Part shown: positions 19,147 through 29,585 of the stretch, piece after piece | Position numbering within the stretch: position 1 is the stretch's first letter | Layout: the number at the start of each line of letters is the position of its first letter | NCBI GenBank assembly: GCA_037925075.1 | Contig: JAXSNR010000001.1 | Location: 384,001 to 448,000, forward strand | From: Aquificaceae bacterium | GTDB taxonomy: Bacteria > Aquificota > Aquificia > Aquificales > Aquificaceae | Direction of reading: 5' to 3' | Length of the DNA stretch: 64,000 nt | The notes under the pieces: model-generated | The model's input: the letters and a program-made list of their open reading frames with translations, nothing else | The model's database searches: none | What the model was told of the DNA's origin: nothing | Program-made: the position numbers and the translations under genes

Positions 19147-21078
19147 CTATGTTAGAATTTTACTAACATCTTCAAACCTCTGACAGCTTTGACCTTCGCA
19201 AACCACAAGCCCATCCACTTCAGATTTGAGAACAAACTTAAAGGGTCTAAAAAGCCTGAGTGCCTCTTCAAAAAAGTCCCTTGTCTCCACCTTGTATATG
19301 CCCTTCAGATAGGCGTAAAGGCTAATAAGATAGGAATGAGACACCATTGGAACTTCTCCGACAAACCTTGAAAAAGCCTGAAGCGTCTTTTCCGCATAGT
19401 CTATGAAGGTGCCATCTCCTGTAAGACTTCCCAAAAGTAAAAGCGTGTAGCCTGCGGAGCCATTCACCGACTGGGTAGGCGTATCTTGTAGGTTTTTTAG
19501 CCTTATGCTTAAAAGTCCATTGCCCGTTTTTGCTGTGTCATAAAAGCCCCAGTCCCTTTTGTCCCAGAAAAGCTCTATAGCCCTTTTTGTTATCTCCACA
19601 GAAAGCTCAAGATACCTTTTCTCTTGGGTGAGTTCAAAAAAGGAAAGAAGAGCTTGTGCCAAGAAAAGGTAGTCTTCGGAAAAGCTTTCAACTCCTTCCT
19701 TGTGCAAAAGCACGCCATCCTTGTAGTGTGTTGCCAAAAGTCTTTCTGCGGTCTTCTTTGCGGAATTTAAAGCCCAACCATCTGAGAAAACCTTCCAGTA
19801 ATCACACATGGCGGATATCATAAGAGCGTTCCAGTTTGTGTATAGGGTCTTGTCTATGTAAGGCGTTTGTCTTTTTTCCCTGTGTTGAAGAAGCTTAGCC
19901 TTTGACAAGTTTAAAAGCCTTTTAGCTTCTTCAAGCTCAATCCCGGTAGCCTTTGAGACCTCTTCTTCCTCCATGTTTATGTAAAGCACCTTCTTTTCAG
20001 TTTCGTGTGGCATGCTTGCAAGGCCAAAGTGAATACTAAAAACCCTTATCTCTTCAGGACTCAAAAGACTCTCAATTTCCTTCCGGGTAAAGGTGTAATA
20101 TCCTCCTTCCTCCAACACTCCTATATCTGCATCTTGAGAGGCGTAAAAGCCACCTTCTGGGTCATAGCCATAAAGCCTGTAGTAGCGCACTATGCCTTCG
20201 GCGGTCCTTCTGTAAAGTTCCTTACCAAAGACCTTGTAAGCTATTGAGTACAGGCTAAGGAGTTCTGCGTTATCGTACAGCATCTTTTCAAAATGGGGTA
20301 TGTGCCATTTTTCGTCGGTGGAATACCTAAAAAAGCCACCAAGAAGATGGTCATAAACTCCACCTTTAGCCATGGCGTCAAGGGAGCTTATGATGGCTTT
20401 TTGCAAAAGCGGTGATGGAGAAAAGTGGTTGTGATAGATGAGAAGCTCAAAGGCTTTTGCATGATGAAACTTGGGTGCGGATCCTACACCTCCCCATTGG
20501 TAGTCTATGCTGGCAAGGAGTGTAGATATTCCCTTCTGGAGGAGTCCTTCATCTACGAAGTCCTTAAAGCTTTGCCTACTGTAGTTTATAAGGCTTTCGT
20601 ATATGCTTTCCGCTGACCTCAGAATTCGCTGTCTATCCTCTTTCCAAAGCTGGGCTATTCTCAAAAGCAGGCTCTTAAAGCCCGGTCTTCCCCAACGGTC
20701 CTCAGGTGGAAAGTAGGTACCACCAAAAAAGGCTTTTCCATCAGGAGTTAGAAATACAGTCAAAGGCCATCCTCCAGAGTTTGTAAGGGCTATAACCACC
20801 TCCTGATATCTCCTGTCCACATCGGGGCGTTCATCTCTGTCCACCTTTATGGGAACAAAGTTTTCGTTTATTATCTTTGCAATCTCTGGGTTTTCAAAGC
20901 TTTCGTGAGCCATCACATGGCACCAGTGGCACCAAACTCCACCTATGGACAACAAAATAGGCTTGTCCTCTTCCTTAGCCCTTTGAAAGGCTTCCTCCGA
21001 CCACTCATACCAATCCACCGGTTGATAGGCAGACTTTTGCAAATAGGGACTTTTTGAGTTTATAAGTCTGTTGGGCAT
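19147..21078 (-). CDS. Thioredoxin-domain YyaL/SPATA20 (DUF255) family protein
   Basis: NRL..SPYL, CHWCHVMAHESF, KVDRDERPD, GGWPLT, GGFFRYSTD..W.IPHFEKMLYDNA. Confidence 0.93.
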   Translation of the reverse strand: MPNRLINSKSPYLQKSAYQPVDWYEWSEEAFQRAKEEDKPILLSIGGVWCHWCHVMAHESFENPEIAKIINENFVPIKVDRDERPDVDRRYQEVVIALTNSGGWPLTVFLTPDGKAFFGGTYFPPEDRWGRPGFKSLLLRIAQLWKEDRQRILRSAESIYESLINYSRQSFKDFVDEGLLQKGISTLLASIDYQWGGVGSAPKFHHAKAFELLIYHNHFSPSPLLQKAIISSLDAMAKGGVYDHLLGGFFRYSTDEKWHIPHFEKMLYDNAELLSLYSIAYKVFGKELYRRTAEGIVRYYRLYGYDPEGGFYASQDADIGVLEEGGYYTFTRKEIESLLSPEEIRVFSIHFGLASMPHETEKKVLYINMEEEEVSKATGIELEEAKRLLNLSKAKLLQHREKRQTPYIDKTLYTNWNALMISAMCDYWKVFSDGWALNSAKKTAERLLATHYKDGVLLHKEGVESFSEDYLFLAQALLSFFELTQEKRYLELSVEITKRAIELFWDKRDWGFYDTAKTGNGLLSIRLKNLQDTPTQSVNGSAGYTLLLLGSLTGDGTFIDYAEKTLQAFSRFVGEVPMVSHSYLISLYAYLKGIYKVETRDFFEEALRLFRPFKFVLKSEVDGLVVCEGQSCQRFEDVSKILT

Positions 21079-21145
21079 AGTTTCCTCCTGTAATAAATTT
21101 AGACTCTTGTTAAAGGCTCAGTGTGAGTAAGCTCAGCTTTGTGGA

Positions 21146-21622
21146 TTACTGAAGCATGTAATCGTAGTTAACCTTCCAAGTTTTTCCCTTATCATCTTTT
21201 ATATAGATGTTTATGGAGTAAAGCCCCTTCTCTTCCATCTGAAACCATCCCCCAAAGTTATCACCATGTGTGTGAGGGTACTTATGAAGCTCCCTTCTTT
21301 GAGCCCTTAGTATGGGAGACCTAACTTCCGCCTCAACCTTAAAGTTTGAAAGATAGACTATCTTGTCCCCTTCCTTTTTCCATACGGCTACAGCCAAGTG
21401 ATGGGTGTCGTGTTTCGTGGGTACGCCGTGATGCTTTTCAAGAAGATTGTAAGCCCTTGGAAAGGTTTTCTTGAGTTCCTCAATACTCACCACGCCTATG
21501 CTTACATTAAAGCTTTCAAGCCTTTTGGTAAGCGGTGTCTTTATAAGTACCTCCTCTTCCTGAGCAAGGGATAAGACCACAAGCGTAAAAAGTATTAGCA
21601 TGTATCTTAGCATTTTCCTCAC
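21146..21622 (-). CDS. Hypothetical exported His-rich protein
   Basis: Signal peptide; HHGVPTKHDTHHLAV and HKYPHTHGDNFG; strong SD. Confidence 0.75.
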   Translation of the reverse strand: MRKMLRYMLILFTLVVLSLAQEEEVLIKTPLTKRLESFNVSIGVVSIEELKKTFPRAYNLLEKHHGVPTKHDTHHLAVAVWKKEGDKIVYLSNFKVEAEVRSPILRAQRRELHKYPHTHGDNFGGWFQMEEKGLYSINIYIKDDKGKTWKVNYDYMLQ

Positions 21623-21705
21623 CTCCTCCTATTTAGAATAGGAAAACACCACTCAAGAGGCAATTAGATGTATTTAAAGGGTGGATAAGCATATCTTATA
21701 TTCCT

Positions 21706-22986
21706 ATGCGTATAAATCTTTTGCCAGAAGAAGTGAAAAATCGTATAGCTTCTGGGGAAGTAATAGAGGGGCCTGCGGAGTGTGTCAAAGAGCTCATAGA
21801 AAATTCCCTTGATGCAGGTGCCACCCTTGTTGAGGTGGAGATAACAAAGGGGGGTAAAAGGTACATAGGTGTGCGGGACAATGGCGTGGGAATACCTTCG
21901 GAGGACATCAATAAGGCAGTTATGAGCGGAGCAACGAGTAAACTAATAAGCATAGAAGACCTTCAAAGCCTCTCCACTTACGGCTTTAGAGGTGAAGCCC
22001 TTCATGCCATCAGTCTTGTAAGCAAAATGGTGCTCAGGTCAAGGTTCTTCCAAGAAGAAGTGGGCAAGGAGATAAGGTTAGAAGGTGGTAGGGTGGTAAG
22101 CGAGAGAGCGGTCGGCATGTCCGTAGGGACACATGTGGAGGTGTACGATCTCTTTTACAACATGCCTGTAAGGGGTGCCTTCCTTGGCAGAGAAGACACA
22201 GAAAGGAGGAAAGTATACAGGGTACTCAAAGCCCTTGCACTGGCAAACCCAAAGACCTCCTTTCGCCTAAGGGCAGAGGGAAGAGAAATATACCACCTAA
22301 AGCCTGCACAAAACATAAAAGAAAGAGCAGAAGAACTTTTCCAAACCAAACTGGAACATATAACAAGGGAAGAAGGTCCTTTTAGGGTTGACCTCCTGAT
22401 TTCGGTAGATGGAAGAGGAAAAGACTTTTTCCTCTTCGTAAACGGAAGACCAGTGCAGAATAAAGGCCTCTCTGAACACATCAGGAAGATATATGGCAGA
22501 GTGGGTCTTCTTCTGTGCTATGTGTATCTTCCCCCATACCTTTTAGACATAAACATTCATCCAAAGAAAACAGAGGTAAAAATTTTAAAAGAAGGTAAGA
22601 TAAGGTCCATAATAAAGTCTTCCTTTGAGCTTAGACACAGCTATAGTCCTGCTCTGCTCCGTCAAAGAGGAAAGGAATACAAAATAGAACCAGAGCTTAT
22701 TGGTATAATAGATAACACTATAATCGTGGCAAAGTTTGGAGAGTATCTGTATTTCTTTGACCAGCATCTTCTTTCTGAAAGATACAACTATGAAGTTCTC
22801 AAAATGGACGCGGAAAAAGCGTGTAGGTTATCCATAAAGGCTGGAGACAAGCTTGATGAAAGGAGGGCAAAGGACCTTTTGAACCTGTGGCTATCCTTTG
22901 AAAACAAGGAAACATGCCCTCACGGCAGACCACTATACTACAGAATTTATCTTGGTGAGATTTACAAAAGACTACAAAGGAGCTGA
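21706..22986 (+). CDS. mutL: DNA mismatch repair endonuclease MutL (short Aquificae type)
   Basis: [41 protein letters not shown]. Confidence 0.96.
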   Translation: MRINLLPEEVKNRIASGEVIEGPAECVKELIENSLDAGATLVEVEITKGGKRYIGVRDNGVGIPSEDINKAVMSGATSKLISIEDLQSLSTYGFRGEALHAISLVSKMVLRSRFFQEEVGKEIRLEGGRVVSERAVGMSVGTHVEVYDLFYNMPVRGAFLGREDTERRKVYRVLKALALANPKTSFRLRAEGREIYHLKPAQNIKERAEELFQTKLEHITREEGPFRVDLLISVDGRGKDFFLFVNGRPVQNKGLSEHIRKIYGRVGLLLCYVYLPPYLLDINIHPKKTEVKILKEGKIRSIIKSSFELRHSYSPALLRQRGKEYKIEPELIGIIDNTIIVAKFGEYLYFFDQHLLSERYNYEVLKMDAEKACRLSIKAGDKLDERRAKDLLNLWLSFENKETCPHGRPLYYRIYLGEIYKRLQRS

Positions 22987-22987
22987 T

Positions 22988-23749
22988 ATGTTAGCAAAGA
23001 GGATAATACCCTGTCTTGATGTGGACAAGGGAAGGGTTGTCAAAGGTGTAAGGTTTGTAAACCTTGTGGATGCAGGGGATCCGGTGGAAGTAGCCATAGC
23101 CTACGAAGAGCAAGGTGCGGACGAGCTGGTCTTTCTTGATATAACCGCCTCCGCGGAAGACAGGAGGATAACCCTTGAAGTGGTGAAAAAAGTGGCCGAG
23201 AATGTTTTTATGCCCTTTACCGTCGGCGGTGGCATTTCAAGCCTTGAGGATATGAGAAGATTATTAGAAGCGGGTGCGGACAAGGTTTCCATAAATACCT
23301 CCGCGGTTAAAAACCCTCAGCTTGTCTACGAAGGGGCAAAAAGGTTTGGCTCTCAGTGTATTGTGGTGGCAATAGATGCAAAAAGAAGGGGTAACGGCTG
23401 GGAAGTTTATATACACGGTGGTAGAACTCCTACGGGGCTTGATGTGGTTGAGTGGGCAAAGAGGGTAGAGGGTTTGGGTGCCGGTGAAATACTTCTTACC
23501 TCCATGGACAAGGACGGTACAAAGTCTGGGTACGACATAGAACTAACAAGGGCAGTCTCTGAAGTGGTAAATATACCCGTTATAGCTTCAGGAGGTGCTG
23601 GCTCTATGGAGCACTTTTATGAAGGCTTTGTGGTTGGTGGAGCGGATGCTTGCCTTGCAGCTTCCCTATTTCATTTTAAGGAAATAACCATACCTGGCCT
23701 GAAAGCCTACCTTGCTTCAAGGGGTGTGCCTGTAAGACTTTCTGCATAA
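22988..23749 (+). CDS. hisF: Imidazole glycerol phosphate synthase subunit HisF; start corrected to ATG at 22988
   Basis: [39 protein letters not shown]. Confidence 0.97.
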   Translation: MLAKRIIPCLDVDKGRVVKGVRFVNLVDAGDPVEVAIAYEEQGADELVFLDITASAEDRRITLEVVKKVAENVFMPFTVGGGISSLEDMRRLLEAGADKVSINTSAVKNPQLVYEGAKRFGSQCIVVAIDAKRRGNGWEVYIHGGRTPTGLDVVEWAKRVEGLGAGEILLTSMDKDGTKSGYDIELTRAVSEVVNIPVIASGGAGSMEHFYEGFVVGGADACLAASLFHFKEITIPGLKAYLASRGVPVRLSA

Positions 23750-24435
23750 TGGTATTCATCAAGACAGGCAAGGTTTCTGCTTAAGAAAAGTCTTACCACA
23801 CTCATGGCTCTTTCTTTTGCTATTCTTTCGTTTATACGGATTTTGCCCACCGAGTCCGCATAGCCTTTTACTCTTATCTTATATTCTTCACCATAGGGCA
23901 GCAAACTTGTCTCTAACATCAACCTTTCAATAAATTGTCTGCTTAGCGTAAGCTTACCTATGGGGAATTGAAAGCTATACCTTTGATTTTACACTGTATT
24001 CAAACTGTAGCTGTTCGCCTGCGTATATAACCGGAGCACCTATGTAAAGATTTCCTCCTTCTATCTTGTAAGGAGCGGTTATAAAGTCCTCCACTATAAG
24101 AGGATTTCTGGACAGCACACGCCTTGCCCTTACTAAGCCTTCAAAACTACCTTCAAGCCTATGGGAGATAACTACATCTCTTATTGGTTCATTGCTTTTG
24201 TTAATCACCTCAACCTTTACTACGCCTTATAAGACAACCTGCTATCTGGTAAAACACTGCTTACCTTTTCTATTTTCACTATATCCACATCCACCCTTCT
24301 GTACTCTCTACCCACCTTTGGAGAAACCTCGTAGCTCCAAGAGATTTTGGGCAAACTAACAGGGCATGAAAGAGATGGTGTAGCCACAATTAAGGAACTT
24401 AGAAGGGCTATAAATTTAAAAACTTTTCCATCCAT
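23707..24435 (-). pseudogene. Exported protein with C-terminal OmpA-like domain, split into three frames
   Basis: Signal-peptide fragment 24435-24220; middle fragment GVVKVEVINKSNEP; last fragment YSFQFPIGKLTLS..KGYADSVG..NERIAKERA; junctions near 24225 and 23980. Confidence 0.7.
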
Positions 24436-24445
24436 CCACCCTTAG

Positions 24446-24473
24446 ATTTTATATCACAAAAATGTTGTGTCAA
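24446..24473 (-). promoter_or_regulatory. Sigma70-type promoter of the OmpA-like gene
   Basis: TTGACA-16 nt-TAAAAT. Confidence 0.55.
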
Positions 24474-24479
24474 GCTTCT

Positions 24480-24503
24480 AAAAGGGGGCAAGAAGCCCCC
24501 TTT
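24480..24503 (-). terminator. Intrinsic terminator of the por operon
   Basis: AAAGGGGGC-ttctt-GCCCCCTTTT just after the porG stop. Confidence 0.75.
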
Positions 24504-24510
24504 AGATTTC

Positions 24511-25224
24511 TCATGCTATTACCTTTTTGGGTGGGGGTGGTAAAAAGGGTTCAAGGCCTTGCTCTTGTGCCCACCTTTGGGCAAGCTCGTAGGCTGCCTT
24601 TGCAGTGTTGAGGTTTTTTTCTATTAGCTCTAACTTCTTTTTAAACTTCCTCTCGAGGGCAGAGTCAAGGGATGCTGTACCTCCTGAAGCCACAAACTTT
24701 TTGAGAAACCTTGATTTTATACCTTCCTCTATAGCCTCAACTCCCACTGCACCTATGGTTCCAAAAAGGGCACCTATCATCGCCATGTTTGTGGAAAGCT
24801 CTGTACCTGCTATATCTATGGCAAACTTGGTCGCGGGAAAGTTAAAGACCTTTACTTCAAGCTCCTCAAGCCTTTCCTTATCTTCTTCTGTAAGAAGGTC
24901 TTCCTCTGTGTTTATTATAATTAGCCCCTTTCTCTTTATTCCCGAGTAGAAGGGCATGGTATAGGACTTGCCCATGGTTATAACCTGAGGATGAAAAACC
25001 ATAATAACGTCCGGATAGACAACTTCTCCTCTATCGTATATAGGCTCTGTGCCTATGCGTGCATAACTTTCTGCTGGTGCCATCCTTTTTTCCGCACCGA
25101 AGAATGGGTTGGAAACCGCATAGTAGCCTTCGTAGTCTGCAGCTGTGGCTATTATATGAGCCGCTGTAACCGCTCCTTGACCACCCAAAGCTGGCATTCT
25201 TATGTTTACCCTTCTCCTCTTCAT
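24511..25224 (-). CDS. porG: 2-oxoacid (pyruvate):ferredoxin oxidoreductase gamma subunit
   Basis: LGGQGAVTAA, PFFGAEKRMAP, NMAMIGA. Confidence 0.88.
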   Translation of the reverse strand: MKRRRVNIRMPALGGQGAVTAAHIIATAADYEGYYAVSNPFFGAEKRMAPAESYARIGTEPIYDRGEVVYPDVIMVFHPQVITMGKSYTMPFYSGIKRKGLIIINTEEDLLTEEDKERLEELEVKVFNFPATKFAIDIAGTELSTNMAMIGALFGTIGAVGVEAIEEGIKSRFLKKFVASGGTASLDSALERKFKKKLELIEKNLNTAKAAYELAQRWAQEQGLEPFLPPPPKKVIA

Positions 25225-26081
25225 AGCAATCCTTCCTCCTTCTTCCTGTTTATAACCTCCTCTGCTTGAGGTGAGGCATATTCAAAGAAGGTAAACCTCT
25301 CCTTGTCCCTTTGCCTCATCTCATCAAGAGCATCATCTGAATTTAGCCCTATCTCAAGTATGCATGGAGTATAGAGATGTACATAGGTGGGTCCCACCTC
25401 TCTTGCCACGTATATGGCTTTCTTAATAACCGTTTCCACCCTCTTGGGAGAAGACACGGTAAGCCTTGCCACATAGTGGCATCCTGAATCTATGGCGAGT
25501 TGCCACATGGGAACCTTATCCCACTGTTTACCCTTTGGTGCCATCTTAAAGACATGACCTTTCACAGTAAGACCGCTTTCCTGACCGCCTGTATTGGCAT
25601 AAACCTCGTTGTCAAAGCATATGGTGGTTATCTTCTCTTGCCTGAAAAAGGACTGAAGCGTGCAATCAAGACCTATATCAACGGTAGCACCATCTCCTGC
25701 GAGCACTACCACATCCTTTACCTTGTCGGGAAACCTCCACTCAAGCACCCTTTTAATGCCAGAAGCCACCGCATTCTGATTTCCAAAAAGGGAATGGACC
25801 GTATGAAGGGCTATGTGGGGGAAGACCAAGGAGGTGCAACCCGTAGAGTTTATTATTATGGTGTCCTCTGGGTTTGGCAAAGAGGCAAGGATGTACCTAA
25901 GAGCCATAGACTCTGGGCATCCTGCACATAGAGAGTGCTCCTCTATAAGCTCCTTTGAATAAGGGAGGTCCATAACGCCTCTTTTGGGATTGCCCCAAGT
26001 GGCTTTGAACTGCAGGTCCCTTATCTCCTGAGGCATAACATCCAAAAGTTCCTCGTTTATTTCATAGATCTTATATGACAT
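25221..26081 (-). CDS. porB: 2-oxoacid (pyruvate):ferredoxin oxidoreductase beta subunit
   Basis: HSLCAGC, TGC, TPP motif GDGATVDIG..DNEVYANTGGQ. Confidence 0.9.
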   Translation of the reverse strand: MSYKIYEINEELLDVMPQEIRDLQFKATWGNPKRGVMDLPYSKELIEEHSLCAGCPESMALRYILASLPNPEDTIIINSTGCTSLVFPHIALHTVHSLFGNQNAVASGIKRVLEWRFPDKVKDVVVLAGDGATVDIGLDCTLQSFFRQEKITTICFDNEVYANTGGQESGLTVKGHVFKMAPKGKQWDKVPMWQLAIDSGCHYVARLTVSSPKRVETVIKKAIYVAREVGPTYVHLYTPCILEIGLNSDDALDEMRQRDKERFTFFEYASPQAEEVINRKKEEGLL

Positions 26082-27276
26082 GCTTTACCTCCTTTCCTGT
26101 AAGCTTGATAACTTCCCTTGCTATAACCTCCGCTGGCATGGTCATACCACCAGCTACCCTTGGTGCACCTATAACTTCCGCATCTGAATGACCATATAGA
26201 TACCTTCTTACTTCTCTTTCAAGCCATCCCACCACGTTAAACTCAGGCACAAATATATACTTTGCGTTTTTAACCGCTTGCCTAAGTTCCTCTATGGGGA
26301 AGGGTCTAATAGTTTTTAGCTTTACCACCCTTGCTTTTATGCCCTCCTCTTCAAGAAGCCTGACCGCCTCCTTTGATTGAGCTGATGCAGTACCACACGC
26401 CACAAAGACAATGTCAGCTTCTGGGTCTCCAAACTCTTCTATAAGACCTCTAAGGTAGTGTTTGGCGTAGGGTCTTGACCTTTCAATGGCGGATCTCACC
26501 TCCCACTGCCAACTGGCATGAGTTGCATAGGATATGTAGTTGGACTTCATCACGAATGGGTCTCTAAGAAACCTTCCCGGTGGCACCTCCGCATCTATAA
26601 CAGGCATGGGTGCCCTGTAGGGATTGTAGGGTGGTAGGGCTATATCATCGGGTGGTAGCATTATGGCTTCCCTTGTGTGTGAGACAAAAAAGCCGTCTAT
26701 GGCTGTTATAACCGGCACATGTACATCTGGCTGTTCCGCCACCACAAAGCCTGCCAGTATCATATCAAAAAGGTCTTGAGCGGTTTCCGCATACCATATC
26801 ATGCAACCAGTATCAAGCAAAAAGCCCACTTCAAGGTTGTCTGGCTGAATAGTAAGGGGGGCGTTTACACCCCTTGCCATCAAAACCAACTGCACCGGTA
26901 TCCTTGTACCAGCCCACATGGGAAAGTTTTCAAAAGCCCTCAGAGTTCCGGGTCCTGATGTGGTGGTTATTGTCCTTGCACCAGCCATAGCACAACCTGC
27001 AACCTCAGACATAACGCCAAACTCTGACTCACCTCTAAAATATACACCCACATACCCTTCTACCCAAAGCTCTCCAATAAGGTGTGCCGCCTCTGACTGT
27101 GGAGTTATAGGGTAGGAAACAGACGCATCTACAGAGGCTCTCTTAACCGCCTCCTTTACAGCCTCGGAACCAGTCATAAAGTGCTTGGTTCTGGGAGCCT
27201 CAAAAAGAAGATAGTCGGGCGAGACCACCTTTTGCCCTGCCCTGTTGTATATACAAGTCTCGGTAGCGGTTTGCAT
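26071..27276 (-). CDS. porA: 2-oxoacid (pyruvate):ferredoxin oxidoreductase alpha subunit
   Basis: YPITPQSE, ESEFG, TTTSGPG, DGFFVSH, IRPFP; E-D-A-B-G order matches the five-subunit por cluster. Confidence 0.9.
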   Translation of the reverse strand: MQTATETCIYNRAGQKVVSPDYLLFEAPRTKHFMTGSEAVKEAVKRASVDASVSYPITPQSEAAHLIGELWVEGYVGVYFRGESEFGVMSEVAGCAMAGARTITTTSGPGTLRAFENFPMWAGTRIPVQLVLMARGVNAPLTIQPDNLEVGFLLDTGCMIWYAETAQDLFDMILAGFVVAEQPDVHVPVITAIDGFFVSHTREAIMLPPDDIALPPYNPYRAPMPVIDAEVPPGRFLRDPFVMKSNYISYATHASWQWEVRSAIERSRPYAKHYLRGLIEEFGDPEADIVFVACGTASAQSKEAVRLLEEEGIKARVVKLKTIRPFPIEELRQAVKNAKYIFVPEFNVVGWLEREVRRYLYGHSDAEVIGAPRVAGGMTMPAEVIAREVIKLTGKEVKHVI

Positions 27277-27341
27277 AGCCTTACCTCCTTAAAGGTTTGT
27301 TTTAAATTTATAAAAAGCCCACATAAATAAGCTGATTTTTA

Positions 27342-27887
27342 TCACTGGAAAAGCTCCTCCAGTTCTACGCATAGCCCTTCAATAAGTTTTGAGCAAGCCT
27401 TGCCCTTTTCACAAGCAAAGGAGAAAGCCTTGTATTTACCCTCCTCCAAGGTAAGCACCTCAACAATCTTTAATTCTGGAAGCACAAGCCAATACTCCCT
27501 CACGCCATAACTTGCGTATAGCTCCTTCTTTTCCTCCGTGTCCCTTTTATAGGAAAGGGAAGAAACGACCTCCACCACAAGGTCTGGAGCTCCAAAGACG
27601 CCTTTATCTTGCACTATGGACAGGTTTTCCTTTAGTACCACCACAAGGTCAGGTTGGAGAACATCTTTATCTGAGAGCACCACATCTATGGGAGCGTAAA
27701 AAACCTTGCCAAGTGAGCTATCCACTACACTATGGTAGAACTTCACGTATAATCTTCCCGATATTTCCTGATGCCTTACACTCGGTGCGGGCATTTCAAC
27801 GAGCCCCCCTTGGATTATCTCATACCTTTTCTCGTCCTCTATCTTTAGGTATTCTTCATAACTCCAAAGCTTTTCTTGGGTTTTCAT
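27342..27887 (-). CDS. Uma2/DUF820 family endonuclease (copy 4); start corrected to ATG at 27887
   Basis: RYEIIQG.LVEMPAP..HQ, QPDL, PDLVVEVVS, YASYGVREYWLV; ATGA overlap with the porD stop. Confidence 0.9.
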   Translation of the reverse strand: MKTQEKLWSYEEYLKIEDEKRYEIIQGGLVEMPAPSVRHQEISGRLYVKFYHSVVDSSLGKVFYAPIDVVLSDKDVLQPDLVVVLKENLSIVQDKGVFGAPDLVVEVVSSLSYKRDTEEKKELYASYGVREYWLVLPELKIVEVLTLEEGKYKAFSFACEKGKACSKLIEGLCVELEELFQ

Positions 27888-28453
27888 CTTCCAAGCTCCC
27901 TTTTTACCTCTTCCGCAATCTTTATAAACTTTTCCATCTCCTCTACGTGCTGGTCTCTGAGGGTTATCATGGCATCCTCGTGTCCTGCCATACCGCACAT
28001 GGCTATTGTAAAGCAATCGGTTTCAGCCCTTATTATCTTTAAAGCAACGTTGGCATAATGACAATGAACACCCACAAATATACAAGCCTTTATCTTGTTA
28101 TGCCATATGGTTAGGTTTGGGTGGTTAGGGTTTATCTCAACCGCCGGGTTTATTTTGGGATACTTGGGCCTATAGTCGTACATGGGAATTATCTTTGCAC
28201 CAAGGACTTCCGCCATCTTTTTAACGAGCCTTGCCTTTTCCTTTGCCTCTTCATTCCAAGCGTAGAGTACCTGAGGACCCGGGAATATGGTGGGGTTGTC
28301 TCTTGTGAGCATAGCCTTTGCCGCCTCTTTCATGGCTGTCTCTTCATCCACTATTTCGTTGAACATAAGAGCCTTACCCGGTGGTGGGTTTAAAACACCC
28401 TCATAAACCGCCACAGGATAGGGTGAAAAGCCTGACGGTCCAAGTGTTGCCAT
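27884..28453 (-). CDS. porD: Five-subunit 2-oxoacid:ferredoxin oxidoreductase delta subunit
   Basis: NPTIFPGP, MYDYRPKYPKI, EINPNHPNLTIWHNKI, GVHCHYAN. Confidence 0.82.
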   Translation of the reverse strand: MATLGPSGFSPYPVAVYEGVLNPPPGKALMFNEIVDEETAMKEAAKAMLTRDNPTIFPGPQVLYAWNEEAKEKARLVKKMAEVLGAKIIPMYDYRPKYPKINPAVEINPNHPNLTIWHNKIKACIFVGVHCHYANVALKIIRAETDCFTIAMCGMAGHEDAMITLRDQHVEEMEKFIKIAEEVKRELGR

Positions 28454-28464
28454 AATCTACCTCC

Positions 28465-29025
28465 TTAGAAAATTTCTTCCAAGTTTATGCAAAATCCTTC
28501 AAGTATGCTTGAACAAACTTTACCCTTTTCAAAAGCATAAGAGAAGACCTCATACCCACCTTCTTTTAAAACAAGTACTTCCACCACCTTTTCCTCTGGA
28601 AACACAAGCCAGTACTCTTTTATGCCATGCTTAGCATAGAGCTTTCTCTTGTCTTCTGTGTCCTTTTTAAATGTTGAAGGTGAAACCACTTCCACCACAA
28701 GGTCCGGAGAATCAAAGATGCCCCTGTCTTTTGCTATAGATAGTCTGTCCTTTGAAATATACACTATATCAGGCTGGACAATATTCTCATCAGATAGAAC
28801 CACATCCACAGGAGCAAGGTAGAAGTCTCCGCAGTTTGTGGCTTCCTGAAACCTTCTAAAGGCATAGGCAAGATTCCAAATTACCTTTTGATGTTTCAAG
28901 CTTGGTGCTGGCATTTCAAGAAGCTCCCCGTTGATTATTTCATACCTTTTTTCATCCTCAAGCTGTAGGTAGTCTTCATAAGTCCAAGGCTTTTCCTTTA
29001 ATACGATCGCCATACCTTGCCTCAT
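28465..29025 (-). CDS. Uma2/DUF820 family endonuclease (copy 3)
   Basis: RYEIINGELLEMPAP, QPDI, PDLVVEVVSPS, GIKEYWLV; ATGA overlap (alternative start 29013). Confidence 0.9.
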   Translation of the reverse strand: MRQGMAIVLKEKPWTYEDYLQLEDEKRYEIINGELLEMPAPSLKHQKVIWNLAYAFRRFQEATNCGDFYLAPVDVVLSDENIVQPDIVYISKDRLSIAKDRGIFDSPDLVVEVVSPSTFKKDTEDKRKLYAKHGIKEYWLVFPEEKVVEVLVLKEGGYEVFSYAFEKGKVCSSILEGFCINLEEIF

Positions 29026-29585
29026 GAAAAAACCTCTTCCAAATTTATGCAAAATCCTTCAAGTACGCTTGAACAAACTTTGCCCTTTTCAAAGGCGTAA
29101 GAAAAGACTTCATATTCACCTTCTTTTAAAACAAGTACTTCCACCACCTTTTCCTCTGGGAACACAAGCCAGTACTCTTTTATGCCATGCTTGGCGTAGA
29201 GTTTTCTCTTGTCTTCTGTGTCTTTTTTGAAGGTAGAAGGTGAAACCACTTCCACCACAAGGTCCGGAGAACCAAAGATGCCCCTTTCCTTGAGTATGGA
29301 GTAGTTTTCTTCAAAAACCACCACAAGGTCAGGCTGAAAAACCACATCCTCAGATAAAACCACATCAACCGGTGATATGTAAACTTCACCTCCACGCTGG
29401 CTTTCCATGAAAGTGGATAAAAGTTTATATAGCTTTCCTGCTATTTTTTGATGTTTCAAGCTTGGTGCGGGCATTTCAAGAAGCTCCCCGTTGATTATTT
29501 CGTACCCTTTTTCCTCTTCAAGCTGTAGGTAGTCTTCATAAGTCCAAGGCTTTTCCTTTAATGCGGTTGCCACGCTATGCCTCAT
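29022..29585 (-). CDS. Uma2/DUF820 family endonuclease (copy 2)
   Basis: Same motifs; ATGA overlap with the copy 1 stop. Confidence 0.9.
   Translation of the reverse strand: MRHSVATALKEKPWTYEDYLQLEEEKGYEIINGELLEMPAPSLKHQKIAGKLYKLLSTFMESQRGGEVYISPVDVVLSEDVVFQPDLVVVFEENYSILKERGIFGSPDLVVEVVSPSTFKKDTEDKRKLYAKHGIKEYWLVFPEEKVVEVLVLKEGEYEVFSYAFEKGKVCSSVLEGFCINLEEVFS

Noticed and set aside
21706..22986. Short MutL and short TopA as truncated pseudogenes
   Set aside because: Catalytic motifs are intact; compact forms are known in this lineage
27888..28016. N-terminal extension of Uma2 copy 4 in the ORF track (likewise the extensions on topA, hisF, pheS and tatA)
   Set aside because: They overlap neighbouring genes or promoters; downstream ATGs match family N-termini
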